The notes under the pieces are model-generated. The model was not told where the DNA came from, ran no database searches, and saw nothing but the letters and a program-made list of their open reading frames with translations. DNA of 64,000 nucleotides from Octopus sinensis (taxonomy: Eukaryota): positions 57,474,001 through 57,538,000 of the forward strand of contig NC_043006.1 in the NCBI RefSeq assembly GCF_006345805.1. Reading direction: 5' to 3'. A program made the position numbers and the translations under genes. Position 1 is the first letter of the stretch; each line of letters begins with the position of its first letter. Of the stretch, positions 39,659 through 53,317 are shown piece by piece.

Positions 39659-40081
39659 ATTTGGGGATGGTCATGTTGTCAGTTTAGTCAATATATATAC
39701 ATCGTAGGGGGATTTGATCTGAGATTGAGTGTTGAAACTAAAACGATATATATAACTTATAAAATGAGAGCAAAGAGAAAAATTCTAATGCCAAATATGC
39801 CGAAAAATAGACAAAAATTGTCAAAATTATAATGGTTATTGACAATTTTTGTCTTTTTTTCGGCATATTTGGCATTAGAATTTTCCTCTTGCCCTCAATT
39901 TATAAGTTATTTATAAATTTAACCTTTAAAGATATTTTTTGATATGCTGGGCATTGATAAAATTTTTTTCTTTCGAAAAATATCTTATCTTACATTAGTT
40001 ATATATATATATATATATAATATATATATATATATATTGTTGTATTTGGGGATGGTCATATCAGTTTAGTCAATATATATA

Positions 40082-40128
<47 letters not shown>

Positions 40129-41744
40129 GTAGGTCTGGCAGGGGATTTGATCTGAGACTGAGTGTTGAAACTAAAACGATATATATATATGTATATTCCT
40201 GTAATTTTATTTAACCCTTCGTAACAGATTTTTCAGCTTGTCTGTCTGTTTATCTGTTTGTCTCTCTCTCTCTCTTTCTCTCTTTCCCCTCCCTCTGCCT
40301 CTCTCTCCCTTCTCTTTCTCTCTAATTCTGTTAGCTGGTAAAATATCTTTTGTAACAGTGACCAAATCCTCATTGTTAGAAAGTTGAATAGGAAAGGACA
40401 CCGTTATTTCGTTGATTAATCACATGATTCTTCCCAATTGTCATAAACAATTTCTCTTTTCTTCCGTCACTTATTTTACTTCTTGTTTCTGTTTAGTTTT
40501 ATTCCTCAATCGAAGAACATAAAGTTTTTGGGACAATAAGACTTCCGGGTGTGACTACTTGCTAACTAATTTCTTCAACTGGCCAGAACATGTACAAGCA
40601 AATACATTACAGCAAACAGAAATCCTATAATAACTACGATTGCAGGTGATCTGATCTTAATCCGTTTTCATGTTATATATTTGTCTGGAAAGAAACTCTC
40701 TCTCCTTTTGTTCGTTTATATGTTTGTTCTTTAACGCTTATTTTTCTTCCTTTTGTTCTTCCTCGCCTCATCTCTTTTCTTTTTTGCTTAATTATTACTA
40801 ATTACTTCTATCGGTTAAGCTAAATGCTATTTGCTTAATCAAACCACACTTCCATCATTTAAGAAGCATAAGTGTTATCAAGACCCGTTACTGGTCAGTT
40901 GCAGTCGTCGTTCACTGAAGACCTTCCCTTCATGGCAACAACTAAATATTTTAGTGGTTGTGGAACTTTTGTTAGTCGTAGCACTAGTAGTAGTACTAGT
41001 AGTATAAGTAAAAGTAGTAATAATTTTATACCCTTTTCAATAGATTGATGGAAACTTCAGGAGAAAACAACACAAAAGTAAAAGAATAATTAGAGTTGAA
41101 ATTTTCTGGAGAAGATTGTCATGGAGTTTCTTGTAGATTAAATTTATTTTGCTCTTTGCCCACTTTCTTCTGAATTCACTTTTCTAGTTTCATCTTGCAT
41201 TCTCGTAATTTCTTACAATTTTTACTCTTAAACAATTACCAAGACGGAATGTGAGAAACTGTACAAAAAAAAAAAAAAGAAAAGAAAAGAAAAATTACTT
41301 CACAAACGAGAGAAGTAGCAGAGAAGAACTGACTTTAATAGAAAAAGATTTGTCAAAAGAAAAAAAAAGGGGGATATTATTGATCCTTCGGGGTAATATA
41401 ATTCGTGTAATATTCAGAAGAAATATTCCAAGCTAAAACCAGGAAGCTAACCGGTTTTGAGAATTTAACGCCCTCTAAAAATAAAATTCGAAAAGAAAGA
41501 AGGAATGAACGAAAGATTCTCAAGAAGTTTACTTTATTTTAAGACAAATTATAGCAAAAGGAAAATGAAATTAATCAAAAGAAGGTAAAAAAAAAAAACC
41601 CAAAAAATATTACCCTTTCATAACAAACGAAAAACAAGTATTCGCAGACGACACGTAGATAACCAGGAATATAAGAGGCCAGAAGCCAAAACACTAGATA
41701 TAAGGCGAAGAAAAACAAATTAGAAGAAAAATACCAAGGATAAA

Positions 41745-41787
<43 letters not shown>

Positions 41788-41821
41788 TTCACAAAAACTT
41801 TCCTGGACAAGAAAACCAAAC

Positions 41822-42030
41822 ATGAAGCCGTTGAACATTGTGTATTCGGTAATATTCCTCCTTTCGATTCTCTCTTCAACTTGTTATGGTCACAGGAAAT
41901 ACAAGATTGGCTTGCTGATCCCTCGCCATGGCTATCTCTCTACTTTCGGATGGACGACCAGCGTAGGTGCCATCACAATGGCCATTGAAACTATCGAGAG
42001 GGACAAGATATTACCCCCACAGTCTCTCAG
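41822..42030 (+). CDS. Coding exon 1 of an ANF-receptor-domain protein (natriuretic peptide receptor / receptor guanylyl cyclase-like): signal peptide plus start of ectodomain
   Basis: MKPLNIVYSVIFLLSILSSTCYG signal peptide, then KIGLLIP...GAITMAIETI typical of the type-1 periplasmic-binding-fold ectodomain. Donor AG|GTAAGC, phase 2. Confidence 0.85.
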
Positions 42031-42105
42031 GTAAGCTTTCACAAGGCATTGGTTCCTATTCAAGACGAATAATGCTCATCTGCTAGTCTACGTTTGAAAC
42101 TTCTC

Positions 42106-42106
<1 letters not shown>

Positions 42107-42173
<67 letters not shown>

Positions 42174-42218
42174 GTCTATCTGTCTATCTATCTGTCTATC
42201 TGTCTATCTATCTATCTG

Positions 42219-42285
<67 letters not shown>

Positions 42286-42306
42286 GTCTGTCTGTCTGTC
42301 TAGCTA

Positions 42307-42393
<87 letters not shown>

Positions 42394-42430
42394 CCTCTCT
42401 CTCTCTCTCTCTCTCTCAATCTATCTATCT
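42107..42430. repeat. (ATCT)n/(GTCT)n tetranucleotide microsatellite; a similar tract follows exon 2 at 50986-51230
   Basis: Directly visible. Confidence 0.9.
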
Positions 42431-42783
42431 AACTAGCTATAGTGTTCTTTCGCTCCATACCTTCTCCTTAATCCGTGTGTGTGTGTGTGTGTGCGTTCAT
42501 GTATGTGTGTGTGTAAAAGAAGGAAATAGTTTTTCTTTCTTGCGAATTATGTTAAAAACACGACTTTTACAGTTTTAATTATTTTATTCAAGACTAATAA
42601 GGAAGTCCCAGGAGTGACTGTGTGGCAAGTAGCTTGCTTACCAGCCACATGGTTCCGGGTTCAGTCCGACTGTGTGGCACCTTGGGTAAGTATCTTCTAT
42701 TATAGCCTCGGGCCGACCAAAGCCTTGTGAGTGGATTTGGTAGACAGAAACTGAAAGAAGCCTGTCGTATATATGTATATATA

Positions 42784-42850
<67 letters not shown>

Positions 42851-43600
42851 GTGTGGTGTGTGTGTTTGTGTGTGTGTATGTTTGTGTGTATGTGTTTGTC
42901 TCACCAACATCGCTTGACAACCGATACTAGTGTGTTTACGTCTCCGCAAAAGATACCGATAGAATGAGTACTAGGCTTACGAAGAATGAGTCCTGGGGTC
43001 GATTTGCTCGACTAAAGGCGGTGCTCCAGCATGGCCACAGTCAAATGACTGAAACAAGTAAAAGAATAAAAGAGTAAAAGAGACTGCAACATTTGTGAAA
43101 ATATCTGAAAAGCAAAAGTAAATATAAGGACCTTGAAATTGAGGTCTCAAAAATGTGATATCTCAGAACAACAGTTGTACTTGCGGTCATCGGGGTTATG
43201 GGAGATGTTATGAAATAGCGTTCTTAAAGACAATAACCAAATACCAAAAAGCCCCAAAGTGTCAGAACTATAAAAGATTGTTCTCATGGTTACACCCCGC
43301 ATCCCAAGAAAAACACTGCCTGGAAGGAAACTCTGTCCTTTTGTTCGTTTATATGTTTGTTCTTGAACGTTTTTAGAATCTTCCAAAATCGCAAATATTA
43401 CAGCAAACTTTTAACTAAATCTTAATTTTCAGTTTTTAATCTATTCACCCTGAAATTTATTATTGCTATTCGTAAATAACACCCACAATAAAACATCCGA
43501 CTTGTTGTTTCTTGAAGTTTCTGGATGTGGCTTGAAACAGTTTGTATAATACAAATCAACAACAATGGAAACATAATAATAATAATAATAATAATAATAA

Positions 43601-45233
43601 ATGTCATAAAAGAACTAGACCCAGCGGAGAGCTACAAGTACCTAGGGGTAATTGAAGGGAACGGAATAAGGCATTCAGAGATGAAGGAAAGGATCAGGAG
43701 AGAATGCTATCGAAGAGTGAGAGCAATACTCAAGACAGAGCTGAATGCAAGAAACAGGATCGAAGCAATCAATGCATTAGCTATACCAGTCGTGACTTAC
43801 AGTTTCAATATTGTTAACTGGTCAATTACTGAAATATGTCAGCTCGACAGAAAAATAAGGAAACTGTTGACAATGCATAGAATGCACCACCCTAAGGCAG
43901 ATACAGAACGACTCTATCTGCCAAGAAAGAGGGAGGCCGTGGTCTTTTGCAACTGGCAATAACAATGAAGATTGCTACAATTGGCCTAGACACCTACCTG
44001 AAAAACTCTGAGGACTGGATGTAAAACTTGTCTCAAAACATGAAAACAAGAAAGCATCATACTCAGTCACAAAACAGGCAAAGGAATATCTAAGTGAATT
44101 CCGAATACAACCAATTTCGGAATTAGAGATAGACATACAAGAAACAAGCACAGAAAAAGCTAGGCGCATGAAAACCCGTGCCAAAACTGCGGCCTTAGAT
44201 ATTCTGAATAATAAATGGCAAGAAAACCTCTCTACGGCAAATACCCAAAGAGAGCGAATAATGCAGATATCGACAAAGCCCTGACCCATCAATGGCTAAT
44301 GGCCTCTGGCTTAAAATCTGAAACAGAGGGGTTATCATAGCAGCTCAAGATCAATGCCTACCAACAAGAAACTACCAGGCCAACATATTAAAGATCAGAA
44401 GCAGTCCAACGTGTCGTGTATGCAAGCAACAAAATGAAACCATTGACCATGTGGTCTCCAAGTGCAGTCTTCTAGCGCCTACAGAGTATCTCAACAGGCA
44501 CGATAGAGCTGCACAATATATTCACTGGGTAATGTGTAAAACCTGGATTTGCCCCATGAAAAAAACTGGTGGAACACAAACCACCCCCAGTGCTTGAAAA
44601 TGACCACATCTCACTCCTCTGGAACTTCACCATTCAAACTGACAGGAAGATAGATGCAAATAGGCCAGACATCATATTGAAAGACTTCAAACAAAGAACA
44701 CCTCCTCATTGATATGACTGTCCCAATCGATAAAACGTATCTGTCAGGACCTACCAAAAACTGAGCAAATATAAAGATCTTGAAAAGAGAATCAGCAAAT
44801 GTGAAGCTGAAGACTAAAACAATACCTGTTGTCATAGGTGCCCTGGGAATGATAGCAAAAGGGGCTGATAGCTACCTAACTCAGATACCAGGAAACCAAA
44901 AATGGCAGAAGTTCAAAAGATAGTGCTCATGGGAACTGCTCATATCCTACGCAAAATACTCTCTATGTAACCTCAAGGTTTAAAACAACCATAATTTTCG
45001 GTTTAAAGAGGAAGGGAAAAAAAAAAGGGGGAGAAAAAAAAAAGAGAAAAAGGAAAAAAAAAAACCTTTTTTAATTTTTTTTTTAAACATTCATTAGTAC
45101 AACATCCCCACCCCCCAAATATATGGCACACTAGGCATAACAACAACATGAACTTCCAACCCTGTTGTCTCTTGAGGTCTCTGGGTGAGACTTGGAGCCA
45201 ACTTGTACAAATATAAAGCAAAAGTCAAACATA

Positions 45234-45234
<1 letters not shown>
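43601..45234 (+). mobile_element. 5'-truncated Dong/R4-clade LINE (end of RT, CCHC, restriction-like endonuclease) between (TAA)n tracts
   Basis: YKYLGV..., HHPKADTERLYLPR, CRVCKQQNETIDHVVS.C and RPDIILKD..LLIDMTVP (PD-D/ExK). Frameshifted; stop at ~44970; (AAT)n on both sides. Confidence 0.85.
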
Positions 45235-45284
<50 letters not shown>

Positions 45285-45865
45285 TGATAAATGCCCTGAT
45301 GTTGTACCAGGCAGTGGCCCTCGTGGCTTCTTATCTTAACTGATTGACGGTGTTATCCTGTACATTGTTTTGTCTTGGTATAAAAGATGGGCTAACAGCA
45401 AATATTCTGCTCAATACCACAGATTTGCTTGTCAGTTGCTTGACCTTAACCAGCTGAGCATGTCCCTTAGTGGCTGACGATGTGTGCATCTCTGATCACG
45501 AGCAGAAGTAGTGGGGGAGCATCATAGCCATGTGTTGTGACGGATTCTTTGGAGTTTGAATAATTCACCTCTGGAAACATGGGTGTTTCGTTCAACATCC
45601 ATAAACAACCCTTATTCAGGGACCTTTTGAGCGGGATGGGTTACTCGACCAGAAGAAAATTCTAACTGGGGCCCACCTGCAAGGTCATGCGCTGTTTATC
45701 TTGATACGAGATCACCATGTCGCGCACATATGGTTGTGATGCATGTGCCTGGTGTACCATTATCAGACGGGTAGTCATGATGGGTATACTGGGCTTCGAT
45801 GGCATACACTGCTCTCTCACACAATAATAATAATAATAACAACAACAACAACAGCAACAACTATT

Positions 45866-46720
45866 CCTATATAACCAGTAAGGGTTCACATAAAAAATGC
45901 ATTATGGACAACACAGGACAAAAACAATGTGGGGTTACATGAAAGTCGTGTAAACAATGAAAAGCAAAAACGATAATCGAATATAACAACAGAATTTCCC
46001 AAAAGAGGGTAACCTTCTAGGACTGCCTGTGAAAACCCCACAAGTCAACAAACTTTTTGACCACCAGGGTAAGTGCCTTTTCCACTTTGTCTAAAGGTGC
46101 ATGCTTAGAGTAAGTTCATTCACTTGGGTCATTCTTACGACATTCACCAACCTTTTCACAAAATTGCTGGGTTAGTGGTGGTGGTGGTGGTGGTGGCTGT
46201 TTTTGGGACAGAAGTTCCCTCTCCACCCTCACTTTCCTTTTCAAGTGAATTTTGAAAAGGTTGATGAGGGTTTGGCCAAAAAGGAAAGTATCTGTCTTCA
46301 GCCCTTTCAACCTGGTCCACCACACAACCTCTTTCGCTAAGGCTACCAGACAGAAAAACAGCCTGCCCTTCCCGACCAAAGGAAGGCGGTGGGACAATCT
46401 TCACAATGGACTCAGCCGATAACCGCATTCGTCTTACGCACAACAATAAGTGTTCGAAATAAACTCACAAGTCTGAAATACTCAAGCACTGGACGAGAGC
46501 GTGCAGAACGGTTTCGTCGTTCTTCGTGCATCTCGGACAAGTCCGGTTGACTGCACCTCCGTACCCGTAGAGTTTATCTCGAACAAGTTGCACTGCCAGG
46601 CCAAGAATTTCTAAAAATTATCTATAGGCTCCGGTCCGAAAGTTCTCCAGAACAGACCAGCCAACTCGTTCTTGTCGACGCCCAGAGTCGCACTTACCCG
46701 TCACTAATCCTCTATAGAAC
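45866..46720 (-). mobile_element. 3' fragment of a second, diverged Tx1-like LINE
   Basis: FFCLVALAKEVVWWTRLKGLKTDTFLFGQ is near-identical to the C-terminus of the 47716-50307 copy. Different 3' UTR and an internal (ACC)n expansion. Confidence 0.8.
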
Positions 46721-46955
46721 ACCATAATAATAATAATAATAATCCTTTCTACTATAGGTACAAGGCCTGGATTTTGTGGGGAGGGGGACAGTAAATCACA
46801 CCGACCCCAGTACTTCACTGGTACTTAATTTATCAACCCCGAAAGGATGAAAGGCAAATTCGTCCTCGGCAGAATTTGAACCCAGAATGTGAAGACGGAT
46901 AAAATACCGCTAAGCATTTTACCCGGAGTGCTAACGATTCTGCCAGCTCGTTGCT

Positions 46956-47016
<61 letters not shown>

Positions 47017-47204
47017 TAATAATAATAATGATAATAATAATAATGATAATAATAATAATATGTCCCGCACATATGGTTGTGATGCATGTGCCTGGTATAC
47101 CCTTATCAGACGGGTAGTCATGATGGGTATATTGGGCTTCGTATATTTTACCCCAGTGTCACTTTGATGGCATGAACTGCTCTCTCACTCTAATAAAAAT
47201 AATA

Positions 47205-47238
<34 letters not shown>

Positions 47239-47654
47239 AATAATAATAATAATAATAATAATAATTTCTATTAAAGGCACAAGGCCTGACATTTTGGGGA
47301 GAGAGGGATAGTCAATTACATCGACTCTAGTGTTTCACTGGTACTTAATTTATCGAAAGGATGAAAGGTTAAGTGGACTGCGGTGGAATTTGAACTCAGA
47401 ACGTGAAAACGAACAAAATACTGCGAAGAATTTTGCCCGCTTCATTCTGTCAGCTCGTTACTTTAATAATAATTCTTTCTACTATAGGCACAGGGCTAGA
47501 AATTTCTGGTACATAACTTATCAACCCCAAACGGATGAAAAGTAAAGTCTACGTCGGCGGAATTTAAACTCAGAACGTACAGACGGGCGAAATGGCCCTA
47601 AGCATTTTGTCCGGCGTGCTATCGGTCCTGCCAGCTCGTCACCTTTTTGATAAC

Positions 47655-47705
<51 letters not shown>

Positions 47706-47715
47706 TAATTCTTTT

Positions 47716-50307
47716 TATTGGCCACAAGGGCCGACACACATGATTAATAAACATAAAGGGATAAAACAGGACGAAAAGGTTACAAATGGTTTTGTCCGTT
47801 TTTGAAAAAATCCGAGTAAAAACTGTTTAACAACGAAAGATTATAACAATGAAAAACTCCCAATAGGGGGAGGCGCTTCGAAAGGTTCCTGGTGGAAAAA
47901 CCCCCATAAAAGCCAACGGGAGCCTGGTCAAAAGGGGGGTAGAGAGCCCCTTTCTCCTTTTATAAAACCTTTTTCAATCACAGGCGAAACCTGAGCATTG
48001 GTCCATTTATACTGGCCATTCTCGCACAATTCACCCACCTTTCAGAAAACTTGCTATCGGACAGCACTCTCCTCTCTAACCTCATCTTCCTTTTCAAGTG
48101 AAACTTGAAAAAGTTGATGAGGCCTTGACCAAAGAGGAAAGTGTCTGACTTTAGCCCTTTCAAACGGGTCCACCATACAATCTCTTTCGCCACAGCCACT
48201 AGGCACAGAAAAACGGCTTCGCCCTCCTTGTTAAAGGAGGTCGGCGGGGAAATCTTCATTATGGATTCGGCTGATAGCCGGATCCGTCCTATACGCGACA
48301 GTAGCTGTTCGACATAAACCCATAGTTCAGCAATACTCGGGCACTGGACGAGTGCGGGCAGAACGGTTTCGTCGTCCTGGCAACACCTCGGGCAGGCCCG
48401 GCTGACGGCACTTCCGTGCCGGTAGAGTTTATCCCGAACAGACAGAGCCCCTCGGTAGCACTGCCAGGCGAGCGACCTCTGGAAATTATCCATTGGCCCC
48501 GGCCCGAAAGTCCTTCCGAACAGACCGCTCAGTTCGTTATCATCAACGCCTAGAGTTTCCCCGAGAACGTCGTCGCATTTTTCCTCCACTAACCCTCTAT
48601 AGAACGCTAGAATGGAACTAAAACCGATCGCATTGCCCGCCTGGCGGAGGGCGGAGGGCGGAGAGAGTTTGACGGCACTCGAGGTGCCAAGCGCCCTTTC
48701 TCGGTCTACGTTTGATCTAGGTCTGCAGCTCTGTCAAAGAGACGAGCTGCGGAAAGTCGCGTCTGACAAAAGACGACCACACCTGATCACCGTCTAGGAA
48801 ACGCTTGAGATGTCGCAGCCTGAGCGCATGTCTGCGCATCAGTAACCACGGCATGCCAAGGCCTCCGTTCAGCGGTCGTTGACAGCAGATGGATCGCCTG
48901 ACCAGTGGCACCTGACCCTTCCACAAAAAGTCGAAGAGCAGGCGTACCAGCTTGGCCAACCAGCGGTTGGGACAAGGGACGACGGTCAAGCGGTAATAGA
49001 TGACGGATGCGATGTATGCATTCGCCACCTCCGCTCGACTTTTTAGGGACAGCTTCCTCTCGGCCCATTTCTGGGTGAGATGTGCCACCCTTCTCGTCAC
49101 TTCTTCCCAGTTTTTATCCATCTGGAGGTCCGGACCGAACCAGACCCCGAGCAGTTTAACGGGTCCGTCTGTCCAGCGCCCTACGACGCTGTTGGACGGC
49201 ATGGGCTTGCCTCTCCAGGTGCCCAGTTGCAAGCCCACAGACTTTTCCGCGTTAATCTTTGCCCCTGTCACTGCTTCGTACTCGTTTAGTGTCTCGCCAA
49301 TCAGGCCAATGTGCCTGTAGCTTGACACCATCACGGTGACGTCGTCGGCATAGGCAGACACGTTGTTTCCGCCTCCTAGATCGCGCGGGATACCCTTCAA
49401 AGCCTCCAACTTGCGCAGTAATGGCTTGAGAGTCAATATGTACAAGAGGGAGGAGAGAGGGCATCCTTGGCGGACCGAACGCGAGATGTCGAACGGTTCC
49501 GAAAGGTGACCGTTCACCCGTATCACCGAGAAGATGTTGCTGTATAAAGCAGCGATCCACCCGCGGAAGACTGGACCGAAGCCGGCTGCCTTGAGAACAG
49601 CTGCCAGGTACCGATGGTCTACCCTATCGAAGGCTTTACTCTGATCTAAATTTATCAAAGCCCCACCCACACCAGCGTCGTTACCCACCCTCTATGATGT
49701 AGCGCATGAGATGGAGGTTGTCGTGTATCGACCTGGTCGGCACGGCGCATGTCTGCGTCTTGCCAACCAGCTTGTCCACGACAAGCGCCAATCTCTTGGC
49801 TAGCACTTTGGCCAAAATCTTCAACTCTGCATTGAGCAGAGTGATGGGCCGAAAATTCCCTATAACGTCCCCCTTGTTTGGGTCCTTTTTTAGCAAAGCC
49901 ACCACCCCCCCGACAGACAAAAGCAGGAATTCTCCCCGTTTTGCTGCCAGTTGCAGTAGACGTTTGCCAACAGGCCCGCAACAAGTCTGGCATTGAAGTG
50001 TAAAGCTCGTAGGGCAGACATCCAAACCCGGCGATCTACCTCTCGTGCAACTTTTCATCGCTTCCTCCACTTCCCAGGCAGATATCGGTCCTTCGTAGAA
50101 CTCTGCCTCGCTGTTCGAGAGCCGCGGTAGGCCGTCCAGGTACACACTGAAGTCTTTACCGTTGGTGTCCGTTCCACCGCTCGTCCCAAACAGTTGAGCA
50201 AAGTGCCGCTGAAATACCGTACACATCTGCTTCGGCTCGGTAACTTCGCGCCCGTTCTGGTCCACCAAAGACCGAATGCTGGCTTTGTTGGTCGCTTTTG
50301 ACAGCAT
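47716..50307 (-). mobile_element. 5'-truncated Tx1-clade (L1 group) LINE with frameshifted ORF2 (RT plus C-terminal zinc finger)
   Basis: FRPITLLNAELKILAK, LDQSKAFDRVDH, VRQGCPLS, AYADDV and CPRC..DETVLPALVQC. GC-rich body; AATAAA followed by (ATT)n at the 3' end. Confidence 0.88.
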
Positions 50308-50867
50308 ATTCGAAGCATACTACTACGTATGCCTTGACCAGCTTGTCGCTACCCACTTCAACATTACAGGCCATTTCATCACTCACTTATCAGAGTGCAA
50401 CGTCGCCACACACCATGGATCCAATTTTCAAAGAAATGGAGGGATCAACGATTCGTGTTCAAACATGGCTCCTTGTCACCAACAGGAATATTTTTCCTTC
50501 TACTCCTATACCTCATTTTAATTCCTTAAACCTTTTCTTACCCTTCAACTCCCCTCTCTCCCCATCTTTTCCTCTCATTTCACTCTCGATTTTGGCCCCT
50601 ACTTATCATTCCATTACTCTTTTCTTTCTTCTTAAGCTGTTTCTCCTGCCACGTCATGTTCACGTACTAAGCTCACATAGTCCTGGGTTCCTTATCAGTG
50701 ATCACCAGACCCTGCTGTCTCTCATTAATTTCTCTTCTTTCAACGAAACGTTAGCTTTCCCACTCCTTACGACAAGTTCACTGTAGTCATGTTATCGCCG
50801 ATTTTATTACATAACAGGATTTTTGCCTATAAAATTCTTCACCTATCTGTTTGTCTTTCCTTTTCAG

Positions 50868-50977
50868 TGTTGTTTGGCGGGATACAAAAGGTGACCCGGT
50901 AAATGGTGCTGGCATGGCTGTCAAACTGAAATACACCGAAGATGTGGACGTCATCATTGGTCCACCATTTTCACACG
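50868..50977 (+). CDS. Coding exon 2 of the ANF-receptor-domain gene (S-VVWRDTKGDPVNGAGMAVKLKYTEDVDVIIGPPFSH)
   Basis: CTTTCCTTTTCAG acceptor and G|GTAAAT donor. 110 nt, phase 2 to phase 1. VDVIIGP motif characteristic of the family. Confidence 0.85.
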
Positions 50978-50986
50978 GTAAATGAG

Positions 50987-51050
<64 letters not shown>

Positions 51051-51052
51051 CA

Positions 51053-51131
<79 letters not shown>

Positions 51132-51371
51132 GTTATCTGTCTGTCTGTCTGTTTATCTATCTATTTATCTATCTATATGTCTGTCTGTCTTCCGTTCTTT
51201 CTTTCTTTCTGTCTTTCTTTCTTTCTGTTTGTCTATGTCGAAACTGTGATTTCTAGTCAATAACCGATGAGGAATTGAACACGTCCACATCCTTTGAGTA
51301 TGTTTCCCTATTTTCCGTATGTTCTTTTGTCGTCCTCTTTTGCTACTTGATACACACATACACACGCACGT

Positions 51372-51402
<31 letters not shown>

Positions 51403-51404
51403 CA

Positions 51405-51447
<43 letters not shown>

Positions 51448-51485
51448 TCCGTAAAAGTAAGATCAGCAACAAAATATTCCAACCA

Positions 51486-51489
<4 letters not shown>

Positions 51490-51560
<71 letters not shown>

Positions 51561-51571
51561 ATATATATACA

Positions 51572-51607
<36 letters not shown>

Positions 51608-51613
51608 ATATAT

Positions 51614-51653
<40 letters not shown>

Positions 51654-51697
51654 CATATATAATATATATATATAACATATATATATATAATATATAC

Positions 51698-51761
<64 letters not shown>

Positions 51762-51816
51762 TATATATTATACATATATATATAATATATATACATATAT
51801 ATATGCATATATATGC

Positions 51817-51875
<59 letters not shown>
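51490..51875. repeat. Long (AT)n/(AC)n microsatellite block; other large (AT)n blocks at 1355-1415, 38585-38795, 53000-53120
   Basis: Directly visible. Confidence 0.9.
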
Positions 51876-51876
<1 letters not shown>

Positions 51877-52103
51877 CGCCTTTACCTTCGAAACACGGAG
51901 TAGACGAAACGGAGGCGGCTGAAGAAGGGGAATTTTTCTTGTGTTATATGTCTTGTACCCTGTTTTTTCGTTGCTTAAAAAAATGTCCGTTTCCATGGTT
52001 CTGTTTTTATGTTTTCGCTTCTCATTGTGTTCGACGTTTTTCGGTGTAGGTACGTACATATATGTATGTATATATGCTTATGTTTTATTTATTATCTTGT
52101 TAT

Positions 52104-52143
<40 letters not shown>

Positions 52144-52398
52144 GAGGCTCAATGGCCCAGTGGTAGTAGGATCGCAGTTTCGATTCCCAGACCGGGCGTT
52201 GTGAGTGTTTATTGAGCGAAAACACCTAAATTTCTACGAGGCTCCGGCAGGGTGGTGGTGGCGATCCCTGTTGTACACTTTCACCACAACTTTCTCTCAC
52301 TCTTTCTTCTGTTGGCCTGCTCGCTTAGCCAGCGAGGTGGCGTCATTTCAAGGCTAAAACAATGCGCTTCGCATTGTGACCAGCGATGTGTAGCAACA

Positions 52399-52945
52399 CG
52401 TGAGACCCATACGCGATGTGAGACCCATATTGGAGTACGGGATTCAAGCCTCTTCTCCGTATCTCCTCAAAGACATACATCATCTCGAAAGAGTTCAGAA
52501 GCTGGCTAGCCTCATGGTTCTTGGCCTCAAGCATTTGTCTTATGAGGAAAGGCTGAAGACGTTCGACCTTTATTCTCTAGAAAAACGACGACGCCGTGGT
52601 GATCTTATTCTCGCTCACAACATCATAAGCGGAAAGTGTAACCTCTCGAAAGAGCTGTTCACTCCTGCTCCAAAGCGTCGGCTGCGGGGTCACTCCGAAA
52701 GGCTCTATCTGCGACAATTTCATCTCAATCGAAGGAGAGGGGCTTTCTCCGTCCGGGTTGCGGATCCGTGGAATAAGCTGCCGGACGAGATAGTGAAGAT
52801 GCCGACGACCGCTCGGTTCAAAGTCTCTCTTGACCAGAAATGGCCTGAACTCTTTGCATGAACACTCTCCCTGTACATAACTCCATGTCCCCCTACATGG
52901 CCCTGCTTTTTGCTTTTTGAGCCAAAAAATTAACTTAACTTAACA
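52399..52945 (+). mobile_element. 3' fragment of a CR1-clade LINE inserted into a SINE with AACA duplication
   Basis: VRPILEY..SPYL.KDI..LERVQK..LSYEERL..LYSLEKRRRRGDLI..FSVRV..WNKLP; (TTAAC)n tail; host SINE resumes exactly at 52946. Confidence 0.85.
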
Positions 52946-53031
52946 TCTGATAAGCTGGTCGGTCACGGTGATCACGTTGATATATATCTATATATGTATG
53001 TATATATATATATATACATGTATATATATAT

Positions 53032-53121
<90 letters not shown>

Positions 53122-53267
53122 GAGGAAAAATAAGAAAATGGTGATAAAATTGACAATTGATTAGCATCAATTATTATTTATTGATTATAAAATGACAATA
53201 TCTCATCTTACAGCTGTTTTTATTCGTTCTATTTTGGGCATAACCAGACTTAATTATTACGATAATA

Positions 53268-53317
<50 letters not shown>

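Noticed and set aside
53205-53225. CTTACAGCTGTTT motif like the hammerhead stem III
   Set aside because: GAAA is mutated to AAAA on the minus strand and no CUGA half is nearby; degenerate remnant only.
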